A stretch of DNA of 63,940 nt, the filler included, from Deltaproteobacteria bacterium (lineage in GTDB: Bacteria > JAUYMQ01), in the NCBI GenBank assembly GCA_030698575.1. It is 10 parts of 10 records of this genome, joined end to end, with 100 filler letters (N's around TTAATTAATTAA, not from the genome) between each part and the next. Parts side by side here need not be neighbours in the genome. Positions count along the whole stretch, not along the records: positions 45,379 to 48,491 come from JAUYMQ010000006.1; positions 48,592 to 51,261 come from JAUYMQ010000022.1; positions 51,362 to 55,380 come from JAUYMQ010000023.1; positions 55,481 to 60,436 come from JAUYMQ010000026.1; 6 more parts are not named here. One strand, given 5' to 3'. The notes beneath the pieces are model-generated. The model was not told where the DNA came from. It saw only the letters and a list, made by a program, of their open reading frames with translations, and searched no databases. Positions 45,751 through 56,039 of the stretch are shown one piece after another. Numbering within the stretch: position 1 is the first letter of the stretch; each line of letters starts with the position of its first letter. A program made the translations under genes and the position numbers.

Positions 45751-47130
45751 TCACTTCCCGGGCTTCGAAAGCGGCACAGCCACGGGCTTGACGTGTTTGT
45801 CGACCAGCTCGCGCGTCTTTCCGACCTTCAGCTGGTGGAAGAGGAAATCGAACTTGGCCTCGAGGTCAGCCGCGATGCGGTTTCGTACGTCCGAGGAAAG
45901 GCTCCACATCTGCCGCTTGAAGGGGCCGAAGGCCTTCTTCCGCGTCTTGTAAATGAACTGCTCCTCGGTTTCCCCTTCCTTCTTCTCGCCGGCGCACGCC
46001 TCGTGAAGATGGGCGTGGATCTCTCGCTTGAGATCCTCCGGGAAGTGCCCGCCGTCGTAGGTGAGGTTCTGAAAACCTGTGGCGAGATGCACCTCGCAGG
46101 CCGCGGATTCGGGGAAGTGGTGGAACGCCTCGTCGGGGAGCGTCGACGCGCCATGCTGCACAGCGCCGGCAATGCCGTACTCCTCGACACACACACGGGA
46201 GAGCCGGGCCAGGGTATCGAAGTCGAGCTTGACCTCTGCAACCGATCCGTCGGGCAGCGGAATACCGCCGTGGCTCGTGCCGGTCTGGATGCTCACCTTG
46301 TCGACACCGACGGTTCCCTTCCCGATGAGATCGAGGTAGCCGTTCAGGTACTCGCGGAGTTCCTCCTCCGTGCTGTTCTTCTTGCCGACTTCGCCGATTT
46401 CGCCCCCCACGGCGATCGTCACGCCCTTCGGCTCGCACTCGCGGACGACCCGCGTCAGTTCGGCGCAGACCTCGAAGTTGTCGCGCTGCTGCTCGCGCAC
46501 GCTTCCGCGGGACAGATCGACCAGGGTCGATGAATCGATGTCGATGTTGAGAAAGCCGCCGGGTATCGCCTCGCGGATCAGATCGGCGATCACCTTCGTC
46601 TCCTTCTTCGGGTCTTCCTTGTACTTCGCCACGCTCATCTGGAAGTGATCTCCCTGGATGAACATCGGGCCCTTCCACCCCTCCTTGATGCCGGCCGCGA
46701 GCACGACGGCCGTATATTCAGCGGGCCGCTGGTGGGTGTAGCCGATCTCGCTCTTGGCGATCTCGAAGATGACCGCCGCAACCTCGTTCTTGAGCGCGGC
46801 CCTCAGGGCGGCCCGGGTGGTGTCGTAGGCGAGTCCGCGAACGTTGATGGCCGGAACCGTGAAACCGCCGCAGTCCTTCCGGCCCATCGCGGCATAGAGG
46901 GGATAGATCGATGCCGACTCGATGCCGACTTCACGCGCCGCCGCACGGATCGCCCATCGCGCCGTGTCGCGAACCGCCTCGTTCTCGGCGAACACGGCGC
47001 TCCACACCAGCGTGTCGACGCCTTCCTCTCTCAGCTTCGAGGCGCTCGCGACGCGAACGCCGTCCGCCGATGGCTCGACCACGCCCTTCAGCGACGACCA
47101 GAGCTCATCCACACTTTTGACAATTTTCAT
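45751..47130 (-). CDS. Class II fructose-bisphosphate aldolase family protein (long form)
   Basis: FTVPAINVR, FIQGDH, DIDSSTL, GGEIGEVG, GTSHGG, VQHGASTL; GGAGG SD. Confidence 0.85.
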   Translation of the reverse strand: MKIVKSVDELWSSLKGVVEPSADGVRVASASKLREEGVDTLVWSAVFAENEAVRDTARWAIRAAAREVGIESASIYPLYAAMGRKDCGGFTVPAINVRGLAYDTTRAALRAALKNEVAAVIFEIAKSEIGYTHQRPAEYTAVVLAAGIKEGWKGPMFIQGDHFQMSVAKYKEDPKKETKVIADLIREAIPGGFLNIDIDSSTLVDLSRGSVREQQRDNFEVCAELTRVVRECEPKGVTIAVGGEIGEVGKKNSTEEELREYLNGYLDLIGKGTVGVDKVSIQTGTSHGGIPLPDGSVAEVKLDFDTLARLSRVCVEEYGIAGAVQHGASTLPDEAFHHFPESAACEVHLATGFQNLTYDGGHFPEDLKREIHAHLHEACAGEKKEGETEEQFIYKTRKKAFGPFKRQMWSLSSDVRNRIAADLEAKFDFLFHQLKVGKTRELVDKHVKPVAVPLSKPGK

Positions 47131-47179
47131 TGAAGCGCCTCCATTCCTTGGACTTGTTCCATCCGGGGGCAACCGACCG

Positions 47180-48491
47180 TCAATTCCCGTTCTCCTCCCG
47201 GCCGATCAGTTCCTGGAGCTCGTCCGCGTCGACGACCTCCCGTTCGATGAGCGCCGCGGCTATTGCTTCGAGATCCTTCCGGCGCCTGTTCAGAATATCA
47301 AGCGCGCGAGACCGCGCCTCCTCCACAAGCCGCGAAACTTCCGCATCCACTCGCTGCGCCGTCTCCGCGCCGTAGCTCGGCGAGTGCTGCCAGGGCACGT
47401 CGAGGAAGGCCGGGCGGCGTTCTCGCTCGTAGACAACGGGCCCGAGCTTTTCGCTCATGCCGTACTCGGTGACCATTGCGCGGGCGATGTCGGTGGCCCG
47501 CTGCAAGTCGTCCAGGGCCCCCGTGCTGACTTCGCCGAACACGACCTCCTCGGCGCCGCGGCCGCCGAGCAGCACCGCAAGGCGGTCGAGCAACTCGGGC
47601 TGCGTCATCAGGTAGCGATCTTCGGTGGGAAGCTGCTGGGTGAAGCCGAGCGCGCCGATGCTCCTCGGAATGATCGATATCTTGTGCACCGGCGCGGCGT
47701 TCGGGCAGGACATGGCCGTCAACGCGTGCCCCGCCTCGTGATAGGCCACGATGCGCTTCTCTCGGGGCGAGAGGATGCGGCTCCGCCTCTCCAGCCCCGC
47801 AAGCACGCGATCAATCGCCTCCTCGAATTGCGCCATCTCGACAGCATCGCGCTCCCGCCGCCCGGCGAGCAGCGCCGCCTCGTTAACCAGCGCGGCGAGA
47901 TCGGCGCCCACCATTCCCGGAGTGCGCGCAGCGATGGTCTCGAGCTTCACGTCCGGAGCCAGCTTCACGCCCCTGGCATGGATCCGGAGGATCGCCTCGC
48001 GGCCGCGGAGATCGGGCCGATCGACGATGATACGCCTGTCGAATCGGCCGGCTCGCAGAAGCGCGGGGTCCAGGATCTCGGGCCGGTTCGTCGCCGCCAT
48101 GATGATCACGCCCCGTTTGAGGGCCTCGGGATCGAAACCGTCCATTTCGGCGAGGAGCTGATTCAGGGTCTGCTCTCGCTCGTCGTTCCCGCCCATCACC
48201 GGGCCCATTGCCCGCGCCTTGCCGATCGCGTCCAGCTCGTCGATGAAGATGATGCAGGGCGCCTGCGCCGCTGCCTGCTTGAAGAGATCGCGCACGCGCG
48301 CCGCGCCCACGCCGACGAACATCTCCACGAAATCCGATCCTGACAGGCTGAAAAAGGGAACCTTCGCCTCGCCCGCCACCGCCTTGGCCAGGAGCGTCTT
48401 GCCGGTCCCCGGCGCCCCGACGAGCAGGACCCCCTTGGGAATGCGCCCTCCGAGTCGCTGGTACTTCTCGGGGGTGCTCAGAAATTCGACG
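47180..48491 (-). CDS. ftsH: ATP-dependent Zn metalloprotease FtsH (5' truncated)
   Basis: [51 protein letters not shown]. Confidence 0.95.
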
Positions 48492-48646
48492 NNNNNNNNN
48501 NNNNNNNNNNNNNNNNNNNNNNNNNNNNNNNNNNNTTAATTAATTAANNNNNNNNNNNNNNNNNNNNNNNNNNNNNNNNNNNNNNNNNNNNCCGCCGGCG
48601 CGAATGCGCCGCCGTGCGCGCCGGCCCATCGACGTCCGGCGCCGCC

Positions 48647-49111
48647 TCATCGGAGCCCGTTCCCGTTTTGGCCACGTGGGCAAACCGGCCCCCTCGACGC
48701 CTCGGCTGCACCACCGCGCTGGACGGCCTCGCCGGCAGCCGCGGCGCCCTCCTCCGCGGCCGCGCGTCGCAGAGAGGCCAGGCTCGCCATCCGCCCATGC
48801 GCCACCTGGACCTGCCACTCGGCCAGACACTCCCGACAGCCCGCCAGAAAGATCGCGATCGGATGCCCCGTCTCGACGGCTCTCGCCCCGATCTGGAAGA
48901 ACCGCTCCACCACCTCCATCGCCTCGATGTCGGGCATCGCCGCCAGCACCATCCGGCGGAACCGCTCCCCCGGCGGACTCGGCTCCCGCCCCCGCGGCAC
49001 CGCCTGCAGGGCGGCGGACACCTGCGCCTGCAGCCCCACCGCCGACACCTCGCCCGCGACCTTCAGCCACATCCGCCACTGCCCCAGCCGCTCGATGGCC
49101 GGCACCACCAT
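48647..49111 (-). CDS. Hypothetical protein translationally coupled to vapC (or a gene remnant)
   Basis: ATG overlaps the vapC stop (TGATG); no family recognised. Confidence 0.35.
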   Translation of the reverse strand: MVVPAIERLGQWRMWLKVAGEVSAVGLQAQVSAALQAVPRGREPSPPGERFRRMVLAAMPDIEAMEVVERFFQIGARAVETGHPIAIFLAGCRECLAEWQVQVAHGRMASLASLRRAAAEEGAAAAGEAVQRGGAAEASRGPVCPRGQNGNGLR

Positions 49112-49521
49112 CACGGCTCCACAACCTCCACCGCGACCTCGCTGCATCGTCTCAGGGCCACATCGCCGGTCAGCACGAGATCGGCCCGCTCCTCGATCGC
49201 CGTGGCCAGGTGAATCGCGTCCGGTGTCCTGAACCCATGCCGGGCGCGAAGCTCGGTGGCACGCTCGATGACCCTGTCGCTGACGTCCGCGAGGGTCAAG
49301 CGGCGGGCCCCGAAGAACTCATCGTACGCTGCCAGCAGCCTGGAATCCGCCTCTTTGAGCGGGCGCGTGCGGCATTCCAGTCGTGAGAGGCGTGACGTGA
49401 CGATCCGTGACTCTGGGTCGGCCCCGTGCCGCGCCACGCGAGCGACCACGGCCGCGTGAAACGGGCTCGATGCCTCGACCAGATAGATGATGCAGGAGGC
49501 GTCCAGGTAGAGCCTGCTCAC
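49111..49521 (-). CDS. vapC: VapC PIN-domain toxin
   Basis: LYLDASCIIYLVE, S.LSRLEC, A.ELRARHGFRTPDAIHLATA, LTGD. Confidence 0.92.
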   Translation of the reverse strand: MSRLYLDASCIIYLVEASSPFHAAVVARVARHGADPESRIVTSRLSRLECRTRPLKEADSRLLAAYDEFFGARRLTLADVSDRVIERATELRARHGFRTPDAIHLATAIEERADLVLTGDVALRRCSEVAVEVVEP

Positions 49522-49754
49522 CGGTTTCCCCAGCTCGCCCTGTCCTCCTGCATCTGGCGGTCGATATCCGCCTTCAGCCGCTGTCCCGGCGGCAGCCCCG
49601 CGATCAGGTCGAAAACGTCGCGCACGGGCGGCAACCCCTCGGATGCGGCGCGGACGATGACCTCAACGGCACCGTAAAGGCTGGTCACCGGCTCATCGAG
49701 TTCGATATGCCGCGGGTCAGATAATCGCCCCCGTACGACGATAGCCTTGTCCAT
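49518..49754 (-). CDS. Putative antitoxin
   Basis: 78 aa, GGAGGAG SD, GTGA overlap with vapC; C-terminus DIDRQMQEDRASW. Confidence 0.8.
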   Translation of the reverse strand: MDKAIVVRGRLSDPRHIELDEPVTSLYGAVEVIVRAASEGLPPVRDVFDLIAGLPPGQRLKADIDRQMQEDRASWGNR

Positions 49755-49837
49755 GTGCTCCTCCCCTCGCTCCCTTGTCTGCCGGCTCCGTGTCCTGCTC
49801 TTGCCTCACGATTATGCACCACGTCGCCCGCGGAGAT

Positions 49838-49941
49838 GGGGTCGGGGGTCAGGGGTCAGGTCTTGAAATCCGACATCGCGACCGAAGCAAACCCTGATAC
49901 CCGCTCGCATGTGATAGGTCAAGATCAGACCCCCAGACCCC
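49838..49941. repeat. REP-like inverted repeat pair (family B)
   Basis: GGGGTCAGGTCTTG ... CAAGATCAGACCCC with extra GGGGTC/GACCCC stutters. Confidence 0.75.
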
Positions 49942-49974
49942 CGGAGAGCAGGAACCGGCCCGGACGCTGTGCCA

Positions 49975-50330
49975 TCGGCGACGAGCTGCACCGCACGCTC
50001 AAGGCGCGCGCCGCCTTCGAGGGGCTCACGCTGTCCGGCTCCCTGCTCCGGGAGGCCCCGCACACCACCGAGCGGCCGACGCTCGCCGAGCTGAGGCAGC
50101 GGCTCGCGAAGCGAGCCCCGGTGGCCCCCCGCGTGTCGCCCGCCCGGGCTATCAGGGCGGAGCGCGAGCTGTCAACGGTCGACCAGGCGGCGACGCAGCG
50201 CTCCAGTGATCGTCGAGGACCGGCTCGGGCCGGGCCCCGAAGGGCGACATGGCCGGCGCGCGGGGGAGGACCTCACCGCGACCTCCTGGCGCTGGCCGCA
50301 GCGCCCGAGCGGAATGCGCGAGCGCATCGG
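49975..50330 (+). pseudogene. Degenerate second vapBC pair (FitA-like RHH antitoxin plus PIN remnant)
   Basis: DELHRTLKARAA.EG.TLS..LLRE....ERPTLAELRQRL..R.PV....SPA.AIRAER without its own start; followed by GTG-IV and PHRDLL fragments. Confidence 0.65.
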
Positions 50331-50651
50331 GCGGCCGCTCGAGGGCGGCCCACCGCCTCTCCGTCATCGCCGTCACGATCGGGCCCGGCTGGACCGAGTT
50401 CGCGCGGATGCCTGCCGTCGCCGGCTGGGTGGACCATCGCGGTCGTGAGCGGCGCCCGGCGTCCTCCAGATGAATACCTGGGCGATCGTGAGGGGAGCGG
50501 CCCCTCGGGTCCCGGCGGCATCCTTGGCTACAGCCGGACGGGGAGCACGGTGACGCTCAGCTCAGCGCGCTCCCGGTGGGTCACCTCACAGTCCGGATGC
50601 AGTAGCGGATCTTCCCGATCGCGCGGACTTTGACGGGCACTGGATCATCCT

Positions 50652-50843
50652 AGGGGTGCACTCCACCGGCGTAAACCGGTGATGTCCGGTGATGTGGTGA
50701 GGACCCGCATGGATAGCGGCGCCTCACCGCGTCTGCGTCGAGCGCCGGCGCTCAGTGCCGAAGCGGTGAGAACCCGCATCAACAGCGGCGCCTCACCGCA
50801 TCACCGGTTCTACCCGGATGTCCGTGTCTTGGAGTGCAGCCCT
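50652..50843. mobile_element. 192-bp MITE/REPIN-like element
   Basis: 14-bp terminal IRs AGGGGTGCACTCCA / TGGAGTGCAGCCCT (1 mismatch); two internal 35-bp hairpin direct repeats (50696-50730, 50765-50799). Confidence 0.7.
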
Positions 50844-51237
50844 GAGGGTGGCGCCCAGGGACTCGGCGGCGTCCTCGATGAGCGGGACCTCGTGGCGGGC
50901 GCAGATCTCGATGATGGCGTCCATGTCGGCCGGCTGGCCGTAAAGGTGGACGGCGATGACGGCCTTGGGCCTGGTGCCCCGGTGGATGCGGTCGGTGAGG
51001 GCCTGCTCCAGCAGGGCCGGGTCCATGTTCCAGGAGCGGGGCTCGCTGTCCACGAACACCGGGGTGGCGCCCGGGGGGTTGCGGGGCGCCGGGGTCGCGG
51101 CAGATCTCCTGCTCGAAGGCCTCGAGGTCGGGGCCGGCGGGGGCGATCCAGTTGGTGCGGAAGGCCTCGTGGACGAAGTCCAGCTCGCGCCCGCACATGT
51201 GAGGCGGCGAGAGGTAGAGGCGGGGCGGGGCGCTCAT
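50844..51237 (-). pseudogene. DegT/DnrJ/PglE-type sugar aminotransferase pseudogene
   Basis: RLYLSPPHM.G.E..F..NWIAP.GP, deletion plus frameshift, then GATPVFVDSE..SWNMDP..PKAVIAVHLYG..IEDAAESLGAT, cut by the 192-bp element. Confidence 0.85.
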
Positions 51238-51361
51238 GCCGGCCGCCCGCGGCGCGCCGGGNNNNNNNNNNNNNNNNNNNNNNNNNNNNNNNNNNNNNNN
51301 NNNNNTTAATTAATTAANNNNNNNNNNNNNNNNNNNNNNNNNNNNNNNNNNNNNNNNNNNN

Positions 51362-52300
51362 GTCGTAGAGCTTGACCGGCAGGTACTTGATGAATTTCCA
51401 CGGTTCTTCCCTCCAGAATTCGATGACCTTCCTGCGGTAGGCTCTGCTCGTCTCCAGTGCCAGGCGGCCATCGTGCGCCTGTCTCTCATATTGGACGAAC
51501 TCTGGATTGTCCTTGAAAAAACGCTGGAATGCCGGGCTCGCCAGCGGCGGGTTGTGCCCGCCGGAGTAAGGATTGTTGCCGGCCCACAAGGCTCTACCGG
51601 AAATCGACGAAGAGAGGATTAACTTGTCGAAGGTCATGTAATTCCTGATGACCCATGGCGATAGCGCGAGGGCGTAGCAAACAAGATAGGCACCGATGGT
51701 AATCGCGCGTCGATTCTTGAAACGAGCGAAAATGACGACGAGAAGAGAATAAGGCAGAAGTCCAGATCTTGTTAGATCTGCAAGCCCGAGGGAGAAACCT
51801 GAAAGGGCCGAGGCCGATGTCTGGTTGTTCTTGAACCACAAGACCGTGCAGCAAGTGGACAGGATGATAAGAAATGTAAACAGCCCCTCTGACTGGACAA
51901 TCCTGCAGGACAGGATAGCCGGCACGTAGGCGCTATATAACAATGGAGGGAGGTATACTAGCCACCGTCGCTTCAGGCCGGAATAGAGACCAAGACTAAT
52001 GAGATAGATCAAATAGCATGAAAGCGTATCCAGAAGCGATTGAATAACAAGTACAGGGGCGATGCGATGCCCGAATATTGAGTAAGTCGTCGCTAGAAAA
52101 ACCGGATAGCCTGGGAGCCTGTGCAGCGTCGGAACATGTTCTACAATCGCATAACTTCCCTCCATGACGTGCCTGGCGATCAAATCGTACTGCAGAGCAT
52201 CTTTCCTTACTTCCGGCAGGGGATTCGCGAAGACGACGTAAAGTCTGATAGATAGGCATGCCACGAGGATCGGCAGGATCGGCCATCGCCGACTTGCGCA
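51362..52300 (-). CDS. GT-C (ArnT/PMT-like) membrane glycosyltransferase (3' truncated, start uncertain)
   Basis: DALQYD.IA, R.PGYP.FLA..Y.IFG, SEGLF, PWVIRNY, LWAGNNP. Confidence 0.8.
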
Positions 52301-52779
52301 CGAGGGGTTCAAGTCACGACTCCATCGTGGATTTCCACCGGGGGAGAGGGGCCTGGCCGACGCGTGTCCAGCCGGCAAGCGAGAACCCAACGGGGCCCTC
52401 TCACCATGTCGGCCCGTCCTCAGAAGAGGTCCGGCCCGCCTGGCGGAAGTGTTGACCGCGTAGACCTCGCATCCTCCGCCAGCGGGTAGAGGATCGAGGC
52501 GGAGGGGCAGAGCTGCCGGTCCGTCCGTACCGGGTGACACCGTGTCGCCAATCGAGCGTGTATGTCAAGCACGATCCTGATCGAGGCTGCACTCGAAGCC
52601 CTTCACGTCCGGGCTGGTGACGCAGGCGCCGACGGCGGCGCGCGCTGCTTGAAGCGCCACGTGGCTGCCCCTATAATGTAAATTCCTGCGCACCCCGAGC
52701 GGGAGGGTGCGCTTCGGCGGGGGCGCGCCGAAAAGGTGCGCTCGCCGGGCGCGTCACATGCGGCCCCATCGACGAAAGT

Positions 52780-53050
52780 ATGCGTGTCTTGACGAAGAGC
52801 CAGCTCAATCCGCTTCGCTCTCCACTCGTCCCCGGGGTTTCTCTCCTCCTTGCGTTTTGCGTTCTCGTTCTTTCCAGCGGCATCGGGATAGGCCTCGCGG
52901 ACGGCGGGATTCCCGTTTCCCAGGGGCACCGGTCGCTCGACGGTCGGATTCCCCATCGAGATTTCTTCAGCCTCGTCGGTCCGATGAGCACGTACGTGGC
53001 CGCCGGCCTGATGAAGATCGGTAGCGCCTCGATGAGCACCCTGGCCTTGG
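52780..53050 (+). pseudogene. N-terminal fragment of a GT-C-type membrane protein
   Basis: TM segment, then D.G....R.LDG.IPHRDFF..VGP...Y.AA..MK; similarity is lost after about 90 codons. Confidence 0.5.
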
Positions 53051-53051
53051 C

Positions 53052-53127
53052 CGCAGCAGCTGCGGAGATCACCCATGAACAGCGCGTGGGCGCAGGGCGT
53101 GACGAAGCATGGCTTGGGCGGCCTCAT
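53052..53127 (-). pseudogene. Inverted degenerate copy of the 5' end of the GT4 gene at 54496
   Basis: MRPPKPCFVTPCAHALFMGDLR versus MRSPRICFVTPYAHALFTGDPR. Confidence 0.75.
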
Positions 53128-53305
53128 GGATCCTTGAAACTTGTCCGAGCAAACTCGGCCGTCGGTCTTGACCGCCGCATCGGTCCTTCGGAACGGCTCC
53201 GCAATCAGATGCGCTCGGGTAGTTGGGGATCATGCCAGCGAGGGGCGTGTGGCGGTGATGAGCCGGGGGCCGACTCGAGCCCGGCGTTTAACCAACGGAA
53301 GCGCC

Positions 53306-54409
53306 ATGACATTGCGAATCAGAGCCTTTGATCACGCGCCGGAGAGCGAAGACTGGCGGAGGCAGCGGGCGCTGTTCGACCGCGTGCTCGGCCCGGAGAT
53401 CGGCGCTCTTCGCGATCGCGCTCTCCGCTGGGTCACGCTGGGAAACCCGGTCGATCTCGACGAGCCGCGCCGGTACGTCGTCGACGACGGCGGGACGATT
53501 GTCGCGAGCCTCGGGCGCATGCCTGTGCGCTTCTCCGTGCGCGGCGAACCGATGCTCATGCGCTACAGCCACGATCTGCTCGTCGATCCGGCCTACCGCG
53601 GGCAGAAGCTTGCGCAGCGGCTGGTGAGCGAAGTCGCGGAGAGGTCCGACTCGCCCGTCGGCGGGCTCTGGATGAACGCCCCCTCCTACGCGATCCATCT
53701 GCGATGCGGGTGGCGCGGCATGCCCCCCGCCCGGAGCCAGATGCGAGTTCTCGATGCCGCGGCTTTTCTGGGGCGGAGGATGGCGCCGGGGCTGGCGCGC
53801 CTGGCGGCCGCGCCGGCTCGCGGACTTCTCGCGATTGCGTCGCCCGACGCCTGGGGGAGCGGCCCGGCGGGCTACGAGGTGTCGGAGGAGGGGGAACCGG
53901 GCGTGGATGCCGACGCCCTGTGGTCCGAGGTGGCCCCCAGGCTCGGCGTGGCCGCGGTCCGGGACGCCGCCTACCTCCGCTGGCGCTTCGTGGAAGCGCC
54001 CCACGCGCAGTACACGCTGCTTCAGGTTCGGCGGGAGGGCGCGTTGCGCGGCCACGCCGCGCTCCGGCTTCCACTCCCCGAGGCGCCGGACTCGAGCGCC
54101 GTCATCGTGGATCTGCTGGCCTGCCCCTCGGAGCCGCGCGCCATCACCGCGCTCGCCCGGGCGGCCCTCGCACTTGCGCGCGCGCGCGGCGCGACCTCGC
54201 TCATGGCCTTCACGACCCTTCCCCCCTTCCGGCGCGCGCTGGCCCGGCTCGGTTTCCTCCGGGCGCCGCGCCCGCAGACTTTCGTCCTTTCGAATCTGGA
54301 GAACTCGACACACGCCCGCGCGATCGCCGATGCGTCGTCCTGGTATCTCACCTTCACCGACTCGGACGGCGACATGTGGACCGGCGCGCAGCCCCCCGAG
54401 CGTATTTGA
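53306..54409 (+). CDS. GNAT-family acyltransferase (two-domain, surface-polysaccharide-locus type)
   Basis: DLLVDPAYRGQKLA, RDAAYLRWRF..P...Y, WYLTF.DSD. Confidence 0.8.
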   Translation: MTLRIRAFDHAPESEDWRRQRALFDRVLGPEIGALRDRALRWVTLGNPVDLDEPRRYVVDDGGTIVASLGRMPVRFSVRGEPMLMRYSHDLLVDPAYRGQKLAQRLVSEVAERSDSPVGGLWMNAPSYAIHLRCGWRGMPPARSQMRVLDAAAFLGRRMAPGLARLAAAPARGLLAIASPDAWGSGPAGYEVSEEGEPGVDADALWSEVAPRLGVAAVRDAAYLRWRFVEAPHAQYTLLQVRREGALRGHAALRLPLPEAPDSSAVIVDLLACPSEPRAITALARAALALARARGATSLMAFTTLPPFRRALARLGFLRAPRPQTFVLSNLENSTHARAIADASSWYLTFTDSDGDMWTGAQPPERI

Positions 54410-54495
54410 CTACGGCCCTCGCTGCCGGAACCGATGAGACTCGTTGTACGGCAGTCGCAGCCGGCTCCGCCCGAACCCGGAAAACCCGGAATAAA

Positions 54496-55380
54496 ATGAG
54501 ATCACCCAGGATCTGCTTCGTCACTCCTTACGCGCACGCGCTCTTCACGGGCGATCCGCGGGGTTTCGGTGGCGCCGAGGTGCAGCAGCGGCTCATCTCA
54601 CGAGCGCTCGTCGCAAGGGGGTGGGACGTCTCGTTCGTGAGTTACGCGCCGGGGCCGCCGCGTGAGGAGATCGTCGAGAACATCCGGTTCTGGACCGTTC
54701 CGACGCCCCCGCGTGGATCCCGAAGCATGCTCCGGAAGCCGGCTCTCTTCGGGCTGTGGGGGGGGATGCGCCGGGCGAATGCCGATCTTTACTACCAGCG
54801 ATGCGCGGGATCGATCACGGGTGTCGCCGCGCTTTTCGCGCGGCTGCGCGGGCTGCCCTTCCTGTTCTCCGTGGCGAACGATCGCGATCTCGACGGGAGC
54901 TTTCTGCGCGAGGCGACGGTGCCGCAGGGGCTGCTTTACCGGTTGGGTGTCCGCTTGGCGACCCGCGTGATCGTGCAGACGCGAAAGCAGGAAAAGCTCC
55001 TTGCCGAGCGGTGGGGGAGGGAGGGCGTGCTCGTCGCCAGCGCCTGCGCGCTCCCCGCCGATCCGCTCCCCCCGGCCTCGGCCCGCCAGGAGGTTCTCTG
55101 GGTGGGAAACATGCTCCCCAAGAAGCGCCCCCAGCTCATGGCCGAGCTTGCGTCCATGCTCCCCGAGGTCACTTTCACCATGATCGTGCCGGCGCTTGGG
55201 GACAGCGCCTTCGTGCGGGAGGTTCTCGCGGCGCTGGAGAAGGCGCCCAACCTCCACCGGCTTGGCCGGGTGCCCTACATCGACATGCCCGGGCACTACC
55301 GGAAGGCCGCGCTCGTCGTCAGCACCTCCTCGGCGGAGGGGTTCGCAAACGTTTTCCTGGAGGCCTGGGCGAGCCGTACG
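54496..55380 (+). CDS. GT4 glycosyltransferase (3' truncated)
   Basis: GGAEVQQ, ADLYYQR, VLWVGN...KRP, STS..EGFANVFLEAW. Confidence 0.9.
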
Positions 55381-55480
55381 NNNNNNNNNNNNNNNNNNNN
55401 NNNNNNNNNNNNNNNNNNNNNNNNTTAATTAATTAANNNNNNNNNNNNNNNNNNNNNNNNNNNNNNNNNNNNNNNNNNNN

Positions 55481-55882
55481 GGCCCTCCGTTGCTGCTCGC
55501 CGGACTCGTCGTCGCCGCATGGGCTGAAGACTTCGCTTTCGTCGGCGGTGGGACAATCGCCCTGCTCGCGTTCCTTGCCGTTCTCGCCTACGCCGTGGAC
55601 TTCATCGCCAGCGCCCTGGGCGCCAAGCATTTCGGCGCGAGCAAACGCGCCGTGATCGGTTCCCTTGTCGGGCTACTCGTCGGCCTCTTCTTCGGGCTGC
55701 CGGGCATCATCATCGGGCCTTTCATCGGCGCGATGCTCGGCGAGCTGTCCGTGCGCCGTGACATCGAGGCCGCCGGGCGCGCGGGAGTGGGCGCGACGCT
55801 GGGACTGGTTGTGGGCACCGCCGTGAAGTTCGCCATCGCGGGGTCGATGGTCGGCATCTTTCTGCTTGCGCGGTTTATTTGA
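55481..55882 (+). CDS. DUF456 family membrane protein (5' truncated)
   Basis: GAKHFGASKRA..G..VG..G.II GPFIGA.LGEL pattern. Confidence 0.8.
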   Translation, partial: GPPLLLAGLVVAAWAEDFAFVGGGTIALLAFLAVLAYAVDFIASALGAKHFGASKRAVIGSLVGLLVGLFFGLPGIIIGPFIGAMLGELSVRRDIEAAGRAGVGATLGLVVGTAVKFAIAGSMVGIFLLARFI

Positions 55883-56039
55883 CTGCGAACCTTGCGGAGC
55901 AAGGCCCTTTCCCCGCAGCTTCGTGGAATGAGCTCGGGGGTAACATCTTGCATCCCCCGCCAAACCCGTGCGATCCTCCCGGCAGTCACCATTGCAAGTG
56001 TGCATAGCGTTCGAAGCAAAGAAACGCCGGGAGGAGTGA

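Noticed and set aside
52990-53060. Minus-strand AKARVLIEALP resembling the ArgB N-terminus
   Set aside because: Too short, lacks the downstream KYGG motif, and the opposite strand is better explained as a GT-C fragment.
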